Shown piece by piece: positions 42,933 to 53,821 of a DNA stretch of 62,757 nucleotides. Origin of the DNA: an uncultured delta proteobacterium (lineage in GTDB: Bacteria > Desulfobacterota > Binatia > Bin18); assembly GCA_963733195.1 (NCBI GenBank), contig CAVTCR010000015.1, forward strand, positions 1 through 62,757. The letters are read 5' to 3'. A program made the translations under genes and the position numbers. Every line of letters starts with the position of its first letter. Within the stretch, counting starts at the first letter, position 1. The notes beneath the pieces are model-generated. The model was not told the DNA's origin and did no database searches. It saw only the letters and a list, made by a program, of their open reading frames with translations.

Positions 42933-43585
42933 ATATGAAGATGTGGCTGAAGATCGTTTTAGTTGTTGCCGTTGTAAGCTTCCTTTTTACTGCTTATGCT
43001 CAAAAAGGTGAAGAGAAGAAAACCAGCAGTGATCAATCGTTGGCAACGGCAACCTTCGCCGGAGGGTGCTTCTGGTGCATGGAGCCACCGTACGACAAAT
43101 TGGACGGTGTAGTCTCTACGACTTCTGGTTATATTGGTGGACAGAAGAAAAATCCGACGTACGAGGAAGTATCTGAGGGGACGACTGGTCACGCAGAAGC
43201 TGTGCAAGTGGCTTACGATCCGACCAAGGTGAGTTACGAAAAACTACTTGAGGTCTTCTGGCAGAATATTGATCCATTCACGCCGAACGCGCAGTTCTGT
43301 GACCACGGCTCGCAATATCGCTCGGCGATCTTCTATCACGACGAGGAGCAGAAACGCGCAGCGGAAGCCTCGAAACAGAAGCTCGAGAAGTCCGGGCGAT
43401 TCACTCAACCAATCGTGACTGAAATCGTTGCCGCGAGCGAGTTCTATCCAGCCGAAGACTACCATCAGGATTATTACCAAAATAATCCCACCCGGTACAA
43501 ATACTATCGCTACCGATGTGGTCGGGATGCGGTGCTGGAGAAGATTTGGGGGAAAACGGAGGGAAGTGCGGCATTGGACCATTAA
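42929..43585 (+). CDS. msrA: Methionine-S-sulfoxide reductase with signal peptide
   Basis: FAGGCFWCME, GHAEAV, QYRSAIF, AEDYHQDYY. Confidence 0.95.
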   Translation: MNMKMWLKIVLVVAVVSFLFTAYAQKGEEKKTSSDQSLATATFAGGCFWCMEPPYDKLDGVVSTTSGYIGGQKKNPTYEEVSEGTTGHAEAVQVAYDPTKVSYEKLLEVFWQNIDPFTPNAQFCDHGSQYRSAIFYHDEEQKRAAEASKQKLEKSGRFTQPIVTEIVAASEFYPAEDYHQDYYQNNPTRYKYYRYRCGRDAVLEKIWGKTEGSAALDH

Positions 43586-43740
43586 GCTATTCTGAGAGGA
43601 GGCTTTTGCCCAAAGCTGTAATGGTCATCTTTTCTCCCGGTAAACAACCTACCCTGCAAGAGACGAACATTCCCGAGAGCTTGTTGCTGTTCATCCTTGC
43701 TATTCTCTTGTACACTCCGTTCACCGAGGGGTGATGCAAG

Positions 43741-46700
43741 ATGGATTTCGCCGAGGTCCTAGAAAAAGTCCTGGAACTGCTGCAGCGCCAAGGGCGTGTG
43801 TCCTACGAGCGCGCTGAAGCGGCGTTCAATCTTGATGATGTCTACCTGCAAGACCTCAAGGATGAACTGCTCTTCGCCTATGCCGAACATGTGAGAGGAA
43901 GAAGGTCCGGGATTGGTGTGGGCGGGCAAAGGCAGTGCCAGAGTCTAGTGTCCAGGGTCCAGAGTCAGAAAAAGTCCAAAGTCCAAGGTCCAAAGTCCAA
44001 AATCAGGAAACCCAGCCCCCAATCCCTAGTCCCCAGTCCCTGACGGCGGAACGTCGCCAACTGACCGTGATGTTCTGTGATCTCGTGGGCTCGACGGCAT
44101 TGTCGGCACAACTTGATCCCGAAGACTACCGGGCAGTCGTCCAGCAGTATCAACAAACCTGTGCCGAAGTGATTCAGCGTCATGAGGGCTATCTTGCTCA
44201 GTACCTTGGTGATGGACTACTCGTCTATTTTGGCTATCCCACTGCCCATGAGGATGACGCACGGCGAGCCGTGCGGGTGGGATTAGAGATTATTACGGCC
44301 CTACAAACCAGGTTCCTTCTCTCCTGTGGGAACGCTTCCTTTGTCTCCCTCTCCCTCGGAGAGCGCACGGCGCGCGAGGGCTGAGGGTAAGGACGTCTAC
44401 AGAGACCCCGACCAACTCTCCTAAGGGGGAAAGACTTCAAGTCCGCATCGGTATTCACACCGGGTTAGTCGTCATTGGCGATATCGGTGCCAGCGGACGC
44501 ACGGAGCAGCTAGCCTTGGGTGAGACGCCGAACATTGCCGCACGCATTCAAGGCTTAGCCGAACCCAACACCGTCATTGTCAGTGCCGCGACCCAACGCT
44601 TGATCGAGGGACAGTTTGAGAGCCAACCGTTTGGCTCACATCTGCTCAAAGGCATCGATACGCCGATTGCTGTCTATCATGTGCAGAGTGAACGACAAGG
44701 CACTTCTTCGCTCGCCGGGCGCGGTACGTTGACGCCGTTAGTGGGACGAGAACAAGAAGTTGGCTTACTCATTGATCGGTGGGAACAAGCTAAAGAAGGA
44801 CGCGGGCAAGTCGTATTGCTCTGCGGTGAGCCAGGCATCGGCAAATCGCGACTGGCGTACACGCTGAGAGAACATATAACTCGCGAAGGGTCGTTGCTGT
44901 TTGAAGCGCGTTGTTCTTCGTATCATCAGCACAGCGCATTCTATCCATTGATCGATGTCTTGCAGCGGACGTTACTCTTGAGCAGACAAGACACTGATAG
45001 TGAGAGAATTGAAAAGCTGGAACGTGTCCTGACATTGTACGGCCTGCAGAACAGCTTGCCACTTTTTACGGCGCTCCTGTCGTTACCGACCCCGCCTCAC
45101 TATCCGCCGTTAAATGTCACCCCACAGAAGCAGAAAGAACGGACACTACAAGTGCTAGTACAGTTGTTGGTCGCCCAAGCCGAGCGGCAAGCAACGGTCT
45201 CGGTGTGGGAGGACCTGCACTGGGCGGACCCGTCGTCGTTAGAGTTTCTTTCGCTTCTGGTTGAACAGCTTCCCACGACAAAACTCCTACTAGTCCTTAC
45301 GTTTCGTCCGGAGTTCACACCCCCGTGGAAGCCGCGCTCGCATATCTCTCAGCTTGTGCTCAATCGCCTTGGCAAGAAGCAAGTTGAAGCAATGATCGAG
45401 AAAGTTGCAGAGAGTAAAAATCTATCTGCGGATGTTATCGAGCAGATTCGTGTGAAGACGGACGGAGTGCCGTTGTTTGTCGAGGAATTGACCAAGAATG
45501 TCATCGAGTCTGTAGAGTCTGTTGGGTCTATAGAGTCGCCTAGCCGCACACCCCGCCAACTTGCCATTCCTACAACCTTACAAGAAGCACTGCTGGCGCG
45601 GTTGGATCGTCTGTCTGATGCACGGCAAGTTGCGCAACTGGGTGCAACGTTAGGCCGCGAGTTCTCGTATGAGCTGTTACACGCAGTGACCCCACTGAGC
45701 GAAGCTGACTTACAGGCTGCCCTGAGCAAACTGGTCGAAGCCGAGATTCTCTATCAACGCGGCGTCGGCGAGCAGGCGCGCTACTTCTTCAAGCACGCGC
45801 TGATTCAAGACACGGCCTATCAATCCCTCCTCAAGAGCACCCGGCAGCAGTATCACCAACAGATTGCTCAGATATTGGAAGAACGATTTCCCGACACCAA
45901 AGAGACCCAGCCTGAACTCCTGGCGCATCACTACACCGAGGCGGGGTTGATTGAGCAGGCAATTCCGTATTGGCAACAGGCAGGGCAGAAAGCTGTAGCG
46001 CGTTCGGCCAATGTAGAAGCGATTAGCCACCTCACCAAAGGATTGGAGTTGCTCAAGACCCTGCCAGACACGTCGAGAGCGTGCTCAGCAAGAACTGTCA
46101 CTGCAACTCACGCCTGGGCAATGCCGCTGATGGCTACTAAAGGCTTTGCGGCTCCAGAGGTGGGAACGATCTACACTGCGGGCGCGAGAGCTGTGCCAGC
46201 AGGTCGGGGAAACTCCGCAGCTCTTCCCGGCGCTGTGGGGACTGTGGCTGTTTCATGCTGTAGCGAGGCGGAGTTGCAGACGGCACGGGAGCTCGGTGAG
46301 CAACTCTTCGCCCTGGCCCAGAGCACACAAGATCCTGCTCTTCTCTTGGAGCCCACATGCATGCTAGGGGCCACTTCATTCTCTTGGAGAGTTTGTCTCA
46401 GCCCGAGCGCACTCGGAGCAGGGGATTGCCTCTATGACCCCCGGCAGCACGTTCCCTTGCCTTTCTCTATGGGGACTTGACCCCGGGGCTGCTGTCTGAA
46501 TTTTAGGGCTTTAGCTCTGTGGTTGCTCGGCTATCCGGACCAGGCTCTGCAGAGCAGCCACGAGGCGCTCGACATTAGCTCGGGAACTGTCTCATCCTTG
46601 TAGCTTGGCTGAGGCCTTGATTCTATGCTGCCTGGCTTCATCATTTCGCCGGGAGAGGGCAAGCAGTCCAAGAACGGGCAGAGGCGGTCATTGCTCTATC

Positions 46701-47314
46701 GACTGAGCAGGGGTTTCCGTATTGGTTAGGCGGGGGCCTATTCTGCAAGGATGGGCGCTGGCCGAGCAGGGGCAGGAAGAAGAGGGAGTTAGCGCAGATA
46801 CGCCAGGGCTTGGCCGCCGACCAAGCCACAGGGGCAGCGGTGGTACGACCATATTATCTTGTCTGCTGGCCGAAGCGTATGGAAAAGCTGGGCAAATCAG
46901 AAGAAGGGCTTAAAGCGTGTGAGCCGAGGCGTTAGCTCTGGTGGACAAAACTGGAGGGCGCCTTTAGGAAGCGAGCTGTATCGGCTCAAAGGGCGAACTC
47001 ACGCTACAACAAGATAGTCAAGAGTCAGTCAAGTCTCAGTAGTCATGACCGATCCCCGACCCCTGACTCCCGACCCCCAAGGCGAAGCCGAAGCGTGTTT
47101 CCTCAAAGCCATCGAAATCGCCCGCAAGCAACAAGCAAAGTCCTGGGAACTCCGCGCGTCAACGAGCCTCGCTCGCTTGTGGCAGCAACAAGGCAAAAAA
47201 GCCGAAGCTCACAAGTTGTTGTCAGATGTGTATAACTGGTTCACCGAAGGGTTTGACACCAAAGACTTGCAAGAGGCGAAGGCACTTTTGGAAAGTCTAG
47301 AGTCTGATGTCTAG
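43741..47314 (+). CDS. Class-3 adenylate/guanylate cyclase - AAA ATPase - TPR protein (many frameshifts)
   Basis: AERRQLTVMFCDLVGST, GDG, RIGIHTG, GETPNIAAR, GEPGIGKS, EDLHWAD, FKHAL, SWELRA..SLARLW, FTEGFDT.DL. Confidence 0.9.
43936..44042 (+). repeat. Heptamer tandem repeats (AGTCCAA/AGTCCAG; CCCCAGT-like) inside the cyclase gene
   Basis: gtccagggtccagagtc...agtccaaagtccaaggtccaaagtccaaaa...cccagcccccaatccctagtccccagtccc. Confidence 0.75.
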
Positions 47315-47445
47315 AGTCCAAACAAGGCAAACGGCAAAAAACGAAAGCGCCTAACCCCCTCCCGGCCCCTGATGAGATTGCGCCATCGGGTATATTTGTT
47401 TTGGGCTCCCTGTGTCACAATACTGAAGACACAAAGAAACAGGAG

Positions 47446-47784
47446 ATGGCTATGGCGATCGTGGAAACTCTGACTGCTGAACCGCCGCCGCTTTACGTAA
47501 CTGACGAGGGCGTAGTGCGGGTTACTGGCACTCGTGTCAGCCTCGACACGGTGATCGGCGCCTTTCAGAACGGTTCTACAGCTGAACAAATTGCTTATAA
47601 ATATCCGTCTCTCAACTTGACCAACATCTATGCGGTGATCACCTATTACCTCCGTCATCGCCAAGAGGTCGAAGCCTATCTGGCTCAACAGCGCCAAGAG
47701 ACCGAAGATATACGGCGGGAAGTGGAGGAACGTTTCTCTCCGGCTGGCGTTCGTGAACGTTTACTAGCACGGCACAGACACTAA
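47446..47784 (+). CDS. DUF433-family antitoxin
   Basis: VRVTGTRVSLD.V..AFQNG.TAEQI..YPSL.L..IYAVI.YYL. Confidence 0.88.
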   Translation: MAMAIVETLTAEPPPLYVTDEGVVRVTGTRVSLDTVIGAFQNGSTAEQIAYKYPSLNLTNIYAVITYYLRHRQEVEAYLAQQRQETEDIRREVEERFSPAGVRERLLARHRH

Positions 47785-47795
47785 GTCTTAATCCA

Positions 47796-48146
47796 ATGAT
47801 TCGTTTCATAACGGACGAAGATTTCGACAACGATATCCTCCGTGGAGTTGTTCTCAGACTTCCAGGACTCGATACCGTGCGTGTTCAAGATGTTGGCTTG
47901 CTGGGGAAAGACGACTCTATAGTGCTGGAATGGGCGGCTCGCGAAACGCGAGTCTTGTTGACTCATGATGTCCGTACGATGAAACACCATGCATATGCAC
48001 GTTTGACGGCCGGGCTGTCGATGCCAGGCGTATTTGTCGTGCCACAGTCTCTTCCCATTGCTCAAGCAATAGAAGAAGTGCTGCTATTAGCAGAGTGCAG
48101 TGTGGACGGTGAATGGGAAGGACAAGTTCGATTTCTGCCACTGTAA
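47796..48146 (+). CDS. DUF5615 PIN-like toxin
   Basis: RFITDEDF, DVGL.G.DD..VLEWA, RVLLTHD. Confidence 0.88.
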   Translation: MIRFITDEDFDNDILRGVVLRLPGLDTVRVQDVGLLGKDDSIVLEWAARETRVLLTHDVRTMKHHAYARLTAGLSMPGVFVVPQSLPIAQAIEEVLLLAECSVDGEWEGQVRFLPL

Positions 48147-48256
48147 ACTCATGAGGGGTTTTCTCATTGCTCTCCATGTCCTGATCGCCCGATGATTCAA
48201 TCGCCCAATGTCCTCCTCCCCTTGTCATTTCCCGACCCATGCGTCAAAGAGAGGGC

Positions 48257-49016
48257 ATGGATACAAACCTTGCTTCTCGACCACTCTCGCGCGTCGCACT
48301 AGGCGGCTTCGTCCTGGCGCTGGTTGCTGGACTTTCATTGTTATTGGCTGGTGCAGGATACCGACTCGGGTGGTGGGACTTCCGCCCTGGCCTGACAATC
48401 TTTCGCTGGGCTGCATATGGGGGTGCCGACAGCAGTGGTCCTCTCTCTTCTTGGTATGTTCTTTACTCGTTCGGGGAGTACGCACCGCGGATTTTCACTT
48501 GCTGTGATTGGCCTCATCGTCGGACTGGTTGTGACCTGGATTCCCTGGCAATGGTGGCAAGTCGTCCAGCGCGTGCCAATGATTCACGACATTACGACAG
48601 ATACCGAAACACCGCCGGCTTTTGTCGCTATCTTACCGTTGCGAGCAGGCGCACCGAACTCGGCAGACTATGGTGGTCCAGAGATTGCCGCCCAACAGCG
48701 CACTGGCTATCCTGATCTGAAACCGCTCACGCTTCAGATTCCACCGGCGCAAGCCTTTACTCACGCCCTGGAGGCAGCACGTAATATGGGTTGGGAGATC
48801 GCTGCCAATGAACCCACCGAAGGACGCATCGAGGCAACCGACACGACCTTCTGGTTCGGCTTTAAGGACGATGTGGTGGTGCGGATCACTCCTGCTGGCA
48901 GCGGTAGTCGGATTGATGTGCGCTCGGTGTCCCGCGTAGGACGGAGCGATGTCGGAACAAACGCCAAACGGATCACTGCTTACCTTGAGCGTATTACGCG
49001 TGTAGCCTCCTCGTGA
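48257..49016 (+). CDS. DUF1499 membrane protein (frameshift near 48425)
   Basis: TM N-terminus; IHDITTD, GRIEATDTTFWFGFKDDVVVR, DVRSVSRVGRSD.G.N..RI. Confidence 0.88.
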
Positions 49017-49035
49017 AACAGGTAGCGAATTCGTT

Positions 49036-50598
49036 TCACGAACGAAAGCTTGCCCAATTCACTCCGAGTTTTCTCATCCGCGCTCGCAAAGTGTGTGGAT
49101 TGATGTTGAGGAGGGCAGCCACTCCTTGTGGTCCTTCGACGCGCCCCTGGGTAGCCGCCAATGCCTGCTCGATATGCCGCTTAGTTGCCTCATCCAACGA
49201 AAGAATAGCGGAAGTGTCAGTCGCTGCGGTCGAGTGTGGAGGTTTCGTTGTTGGAGGGAACGCAGTGATATTGGTGCCCACACCCAAGGCTCTGGCTACT
49301 TCAAGCCGCTTGCCGTCTCCAAGCAAGGCAGCCCGGTCGATTACTGCACCCAGCTCGCGAACGTTGCCCGGCCAGGGGTAGGTGGCGAGCAGCGCTAGAT
49401 CCTCAGCAGCCGGAAGCTGCAATTTCAACCCAAAGTGCACCGCAGCCCGACGGGCGAAATGCTCCGCAAGCAGCGGAATATCCTCCTGACGCTCGCGCAA
49501 AGGAGGCAGGACAATCGGAAACACCGCAATCCGGTACCAGAGATCTTCGCGGAACGTGCCGCCTTGGACCATCACGGCCAAATCACGGTGCGTGGCGGCA
49601 ATAATCCGTACATTGACTTTGATGGAGTGCTCTCCACCGACCCGCTCAAAGGAACCATCTTGCAAGACTCGCAATAGACGAACCTGTGCTGCGAGTGGAA
49701 GTTCGCCAATCTCATCGAGGAAGAGGGTTCCTTCATCAGCCCGCTCGAACCAGCCTCGTCGCGTTGCCGTGGCACCGGTGAAGCTGCCTTTTTCATGACC
49801 AAAGAGTTCGGCATCGATCAGCTCTGGAGGAATAGCGCCGCAGTTGACGCGAAGGAATGGTCCGCGCGCCCGTGGGGAGCGATCGTGAATCGCACGGGCA
49901 ATCACTTCTTTACCTGAGCCGGTTTCCCCAAGTAAGAGGACAGGCACATCCGAACGAGTCACTAGGCCTACTCGCTCCATAACGAAGCGTAAGCCCCGGT
50001 CAGCGCCAATGATAGGGGCAGACAACTCTTCTCGCCCCAGGCGGGTGAGGAGAAAGCGCTTATCGGCTTCGGCAGCTTCTCGTAACGCCTGGAGTTCATG
50101 AAGTCGGTGGTCGTTATCCAGAGCGACGGAACACGGTTCGAGCAATTCCTCACACAGTTTCTCCTGTTCAGGAGTCAAACGATGCGCAGGTGATATTTGT
50201 AGGAGCAGCACGCCATAGGTGCCATGTTCACTGACCAGAGGACCGACGATAACCTCTCCTTCCGTGAAGGGGAGGAGAGCAGCAAAGCCAATATGTTTGC
50301 TCTGACTATTCGCTCTATAACGCTGGAGCTCGCCACGGCGACACCACCGTAACAGCCGCTCTATCTCCCTTGCGGGCCAGTTGGTTGGATCAGGAGGGAC
50401 TTCGTCGCTAACTGAAGCGGGGACGAGGGTGACGGTCTCCAGACGCGAACGCTCTTGGTCAATCCGGCGGATCGCCAGCCGAGTAAGTGGTAGGCGGTGT
50501 GTCACCATTGTGTTTAAGGTCGCGGCAAATTCCGCAATCTCACTATGGCGACTGACCTCGCGCCAAACCTCTAACAGGAAGGCAAGAAACGGCTTCAT
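49036..50598 (-). CDS. sigma54-dependent enhancer-binding protein (GAF-like + AAA+ + HTH)
   Basis: GETGSGKE, GSFTGA, LFLDEIGE, FREDLWYR, WPGNVREL, C-terminal Fis-type HTH. Confidence 0.93.
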   Translation of the reverse strand: MKPFLAFLLEVWREVSRHSEIAEFAATLNTMVTHRLPLTRLAIRRIDQERSRLETVTLVPASVSDEVPPDPTNWPAREIERLLRWCRRGELQRYRANSQSKHIGFAALLPFTEGEVIVGPLVSEHGTYGVLLLQISPAHRLTPEQEKLCEELLEPCSVALDNDHRLHELQALREAAEADKRFLLTRLGREELSAPIIGADRGLRFVMERVGLVTRSDVPVLLLGETGSGKEVIARAIHDRSPRARGPFLRVNCGAIPPELIDAELFGHEKGSFTGATATRRGWFERADEGTLFLDEIGELPLAAQVRLLRVLQDGSFERVGGEHSIKVNVRIIAATHRDLAVMVQGGTFREDLWYRIAVFPIVLPPLRERQEDIPLLAEHFARRAAVHFGLKLQLPAAEDLALLATYPWPGNVRELGAVIDRAALLGDGKRLEVARALGVGTNITAFPPTTKPPHSTAATDTSAILSLDEATKRHIEQALAATQGRVEGPQGVAALLNINPHTLRARMRKLGVNWASFRS

Positions 50599-50792
50599 AC
50601 GATTGAACTGTTATATGTACTAGATAAAGCCGTTAAATATCAAGGCTTCTATCGTATTTAATAGCTCTGTGAGATTTCACTACTTTTTCTATAGATGAAA
50701 TAGCTTTAAGAAAAAAGGCCGCAGCCATCTTCTGCTGTGAATTCCTTTCACATTCTCCATGACTACGCTTCAAAGGAAAGAAAATACTCTGA

Positions 50793-50808
50793 TTGGCATT
50801 GTTCTTGC
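50793..50808 (+). promoter_or_regulatory. sigma54 -24/-12 promoter
   Basis: TTGGCATTGTTCTTGC with GG at 50795-96 and GC at 50807-08; divergent bEBP gene adjacent. Confidence 0.85.
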
Positions 50809-50847
50809 CTAGAATGAACGGACTCAATGAGAACCCTCGAGTTTTTT

Positions 50848-51030
50848 ATGCCACATACACGGACGACAGACAACGAATGGGATCCGAACCTCGAACAGCA
50901 AATTCTGCGGGCAATCAAGCACGTCCGTTATGGCTCGGTGGAGATCATCATTCATGACTCGAAGGTCGTGCAGATTGAGCGCAAAGAGAAGATCCGCTTC
51001 AACCACGACAGCACGGAAAACAACAAGTGA
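50848..51030 (+). CDS. YezD/OscA (DUF2292) family small protein
   Basis: VRYGSVEIIIHDSKVVQIERKEKIR; first gene of the sulfate operon. Confidence 0.88.
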   Translation: MPHTRTTDNEWDPNLEQQILRAIKHVRYGSVEIIIHDSKVVQIERKEKIRFNHDSTENNK

Positions 51031-51063
51031 GGACTAGCGGTAGCATAGTTGACGGGATCGCCC

Positions 51064-51135
51064 GCCGACCAGATGACTGGAGGCAGGCGAAACTCCTATT
51101 TTTCAACGTCGCAGGACCGACCGGACAACCGGAGG
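51064..51135 (+). promoter_or_regulatory. Two copies of a candidate RNA hairpin motif CCGA-stem4-loop4-stem4-AGG
   Basis: GCCGA-CCAG-ATGA-CTGG-AGGC (51064-51084) and CCGA-CCGG-ACAA-CCGG-AGG (51117-51135). Confidence 0.65.
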
Positions 51136-51162
51136 CGCTCAGGCAAGGAAGGAGTCCGTGTG

Positions 51163-52671
51163 ATGAGATCGCGCCGGTTGTTCATGCTTGTCGCGGTGAT
51201 GATAAGTATGGGGGTAGGAACACCACAAGTTGTGATGGCAGAAGGAAAAGCGCTCAAAAAAGCGCTGTCTGAGAAGAGAGCGTTAGAGGACAGAGTGGAA
51301 GCATTGGATCGTAAAGTGCGCGTGTTGGAGCAACGGTTGGAGCAATCTCTGGGCACTGCCGGAGGAGCGAGAAGCGTGGTTGTACCTGCAGCGAAAGCAG
51401 AACAAGTCGAAGCGCTTGATCAGAAGGTACGTATTCTTGAACGGCGCTGGGAACTCGACCAGGAACAAGCGACCGCCAAAGCGAAGGAAGCACCGGTGGT
51501 TACTGCCGGGAAAGAGGGTTTCTCACTCAGAGCCGCGGATAATAGCTTTCAATTACGCATTCGTGGGTACACCCAAGCCGATGGACGCTTCTTCGCTGAT
51601 GACAAGGAGCGTGCGCTCACCGATACGTTTTTGCTGCGCCGGGTGCGCCCTATCCTTGAAGGAACGGTGGGCAAGTATTTCGATTTCCGCATCATGACGG
51701 ACTTTGGCGGAGGCACGGCGACGGTCCAAGACGCCTACTTGGATATCCGCCCGTGGTCATGGGGGAAGCTCCGCGTCGGAAAATACAAGCCTCCAGTTGG
51801 TCTTGAACGCTTACAATCAGGATCGGAATTGTTCTTTGTCGAGCGTGGACTGCCGACTAACCTGGTGCCGAACCGCGATGTCGGCGCGCAGATTCATGGA
51901 GATTTGTTCGACGGGGCGTTCACCTATGCGTTTGGCGCGTTTAACGGGGTGGTAGATGGAGGCAGCGGTGATCTAGATAATAACGACAGTAAAGAGTTCG
52001 CTGGTCGCCTGTTTGGTTTCCCGTTCAAAGCAACTTCAATTGAACTGTTGCAGGGACTTGGTCTTGGTATAGCCGGAACTTATGGGGACCAGAAAGGCAG
52101 TACCGGCTCGCCTTTCTTGCCGACGATGAGAACGCCAGGGCAACAGGCTTTCTTTAACTACCGCTCCGACAATACTGCCGCTGGCACTACCATCGCCAAT
52201 GGGATTCATTCGCGTGTTTCACCGCAGGGCTATTACTACTATGGGCCATTTGGCTTGCTGGGGGAGTACGTGCGGTCGTACCAACCTGTGCAACGCGGAA
52301 GTGCCGCCGCAAACTTGGATAATGAATCCTGGCAGGTTGCGGTCTCCTACGTGCTCACTGGCGAGAATGCTTCGTATCGGAGTGTCTCGCCCGTCAAACC
52401 CTTCGATCTGACAAAAGGGACCTGGGGTGCGTTCGAGGTTGCTGCACGATATGGGGAGTTAAACATCGATAAGGACGCCTTCCCCATCTTTGCTGATCCC
52501 ACCAGAGCTGCCCGTGTGGCTGAATCCTGGGGCCTGGGACTCAACTGGTATCTCAGTCGCAATGTGAAATTCCAACTGAACTACGAACAAACGGACTTTA
52601 CCGGCGGCAGCACCAAAGGTGAGCGGCCGAAAGAGCGTGCGATTCTCAGCCGCTTCCAGGTCGCGTTCTAA
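51163..52671 (+). CDS. OprO/OprP-family anion-selective porin
   Basis: Signal peptide, coiled coil, FLLRRVRP, GKYKPPVGLERLQS, RDVG, GLNWYL, C-terminal QVAF. Confidence 0.88.
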   Translation: MRSRRLFMLVAVMISMGVGTPQVVMAEGKALKKALSEKRALEDRVEALDRKVRVLEQRLEQSLGTAGGARSVVVPAAKAEQVEALDQKVRILERRWELDQEQATAKAKEAPVVTAGKEGFSLRAADNSFQLRIRGYTQADGRFFADDKERALTDTFLLRRVRPILEGTVGKYFDFRIMTDFGGGTATVQDAYLDIRPWSWGKLRVGKYKPPVGLERLQSGSELFFVERGLPTNLVPNRDVGAQIHGDLFDGAFTYAFGAFNGVVDGGSGDLDNNDSKEFAGRLFGFPFKATSIELLQGLGLGIAGTYGDQKGSTGSPFLPTMRTPGQQAFFNYRSDNTAAGTTIANGIHSRVSPQGYYYYGPFGLLGEYVRSYQPVQRGSAAANLDNESWQVAVSYVLTGENASYRSVSPVKPFDLTKGTWGAFEVAARYGELNIDKDAFPIFADPTRAARVAESWGLGLNWYLSRNVKFQLNYEQTDFTGGSTKGERPKERAILSRFQVAF

Positions 52672-52726
52672 TGCGTAGTCACATGATCGATGTGAAGCAC
52701 AGATAGGAGCAAGAAAGGTCACTGCT

Positions 52727-53804
52727 ATGATTGTGCAGGTTCTGCATTCGGCTGTGCTCCATGTACTGGCACTCCACGCTTTGTGCCGGAGTAACGCAAG
52801 GTCTTCGTTGTACAGTTCATTGCGCAGTCTGGCCATGCCTGAGCTGGCACCAGCCAGGCGCAGAAAGCCGTCATCATACTCAACGTTTCCTACGATCCCA
52901 CGCGTGAATTGTACCAGGACTTTAACACTGCCTTTGCCAAGTACTGGCAAGGAAAAACCAACGAGGTGGTCACCATTAACCAATCCCACGGTGGCGCTGC
53001 AAAGCAGGCCCGCGCGGTGATCGATGGGTTGGAAGCTGATGTTGTCACTCTGGCGCTCGCCTACGATATTGATGAGATTCATCAGAAGGCGAAACTCATC
53101 CCTGCTGATTGGCAAAAGCGTTTGGGCAATAACAGCGCCCCCTATACGTCGACCATTGTGTTGTTGGTGCGCAAAGGCAACCCCAAAGGCATTAAGGATT
53201 GGGATGACCTCGTTAAGCCAGGAATTTCAGTTATTACTCCAAATCCGAAAACATCTGGCGGTGCTCGCTGGAATTACTTGCCGCGTGGGGGTATGCGCTG
53301 AGACAACCCGGCGGTGATGAAGCCAAAGCGAAAGATTTTGTGACCCGTCTGTACAAAAATGTACCTGTCCTCGACTCGGGTGCGCGTGGGTCAACGACTA
53401 CGTTCGTCGAGCGCGGCATTGGTGATGTGTTTATCTCGTGGGAAAACGAAGCGCTTCTTGCTATCAAAGAACTGGGCCCAGACAAATTTGAGATCATTAT
53501 TCCTTCAGTCAGTATTCTCGCTGAGCCACCAGTCACCATCATCGACAAAGTGGTTGACAAACACGGAACCCGCGCCGTTGCTCAAGCGTATCTGGAGTTC
53601 CTCTACACAGCGGAAGGCCAGAAGATTGTAGGAAAGCACTACTACCGTCCACGGCTGGCGTCGGTTGCTGCCGAGTATGCCAGTCAATTTCCCCAAGTGA
53701 ATTTATTCACCATTGATGAAGTATTCGGGGGGTGGCAAAAAGCGCAGAAAACCCACTTTGCCGATGGCGGGACGTTCGACCAGATCTATCAGCCGGGCAA
53801 ATAA
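52727..53804 (+). CDS. sbp: Sulfate-binding periplasmic protein (frameshifted; start uncertain)
   Basis: [41 protein letters not shown]. Confidence 0.92.
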
Positions 53805-53821
53805 ACGGCGAGCAGACCCCT

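Noticed and set aside
43936-44042. CRISPR array
   Set aside because: 7-bp tandem units without spacers; no cas genes or repeat-spacer pattern seen anywhere in the window.
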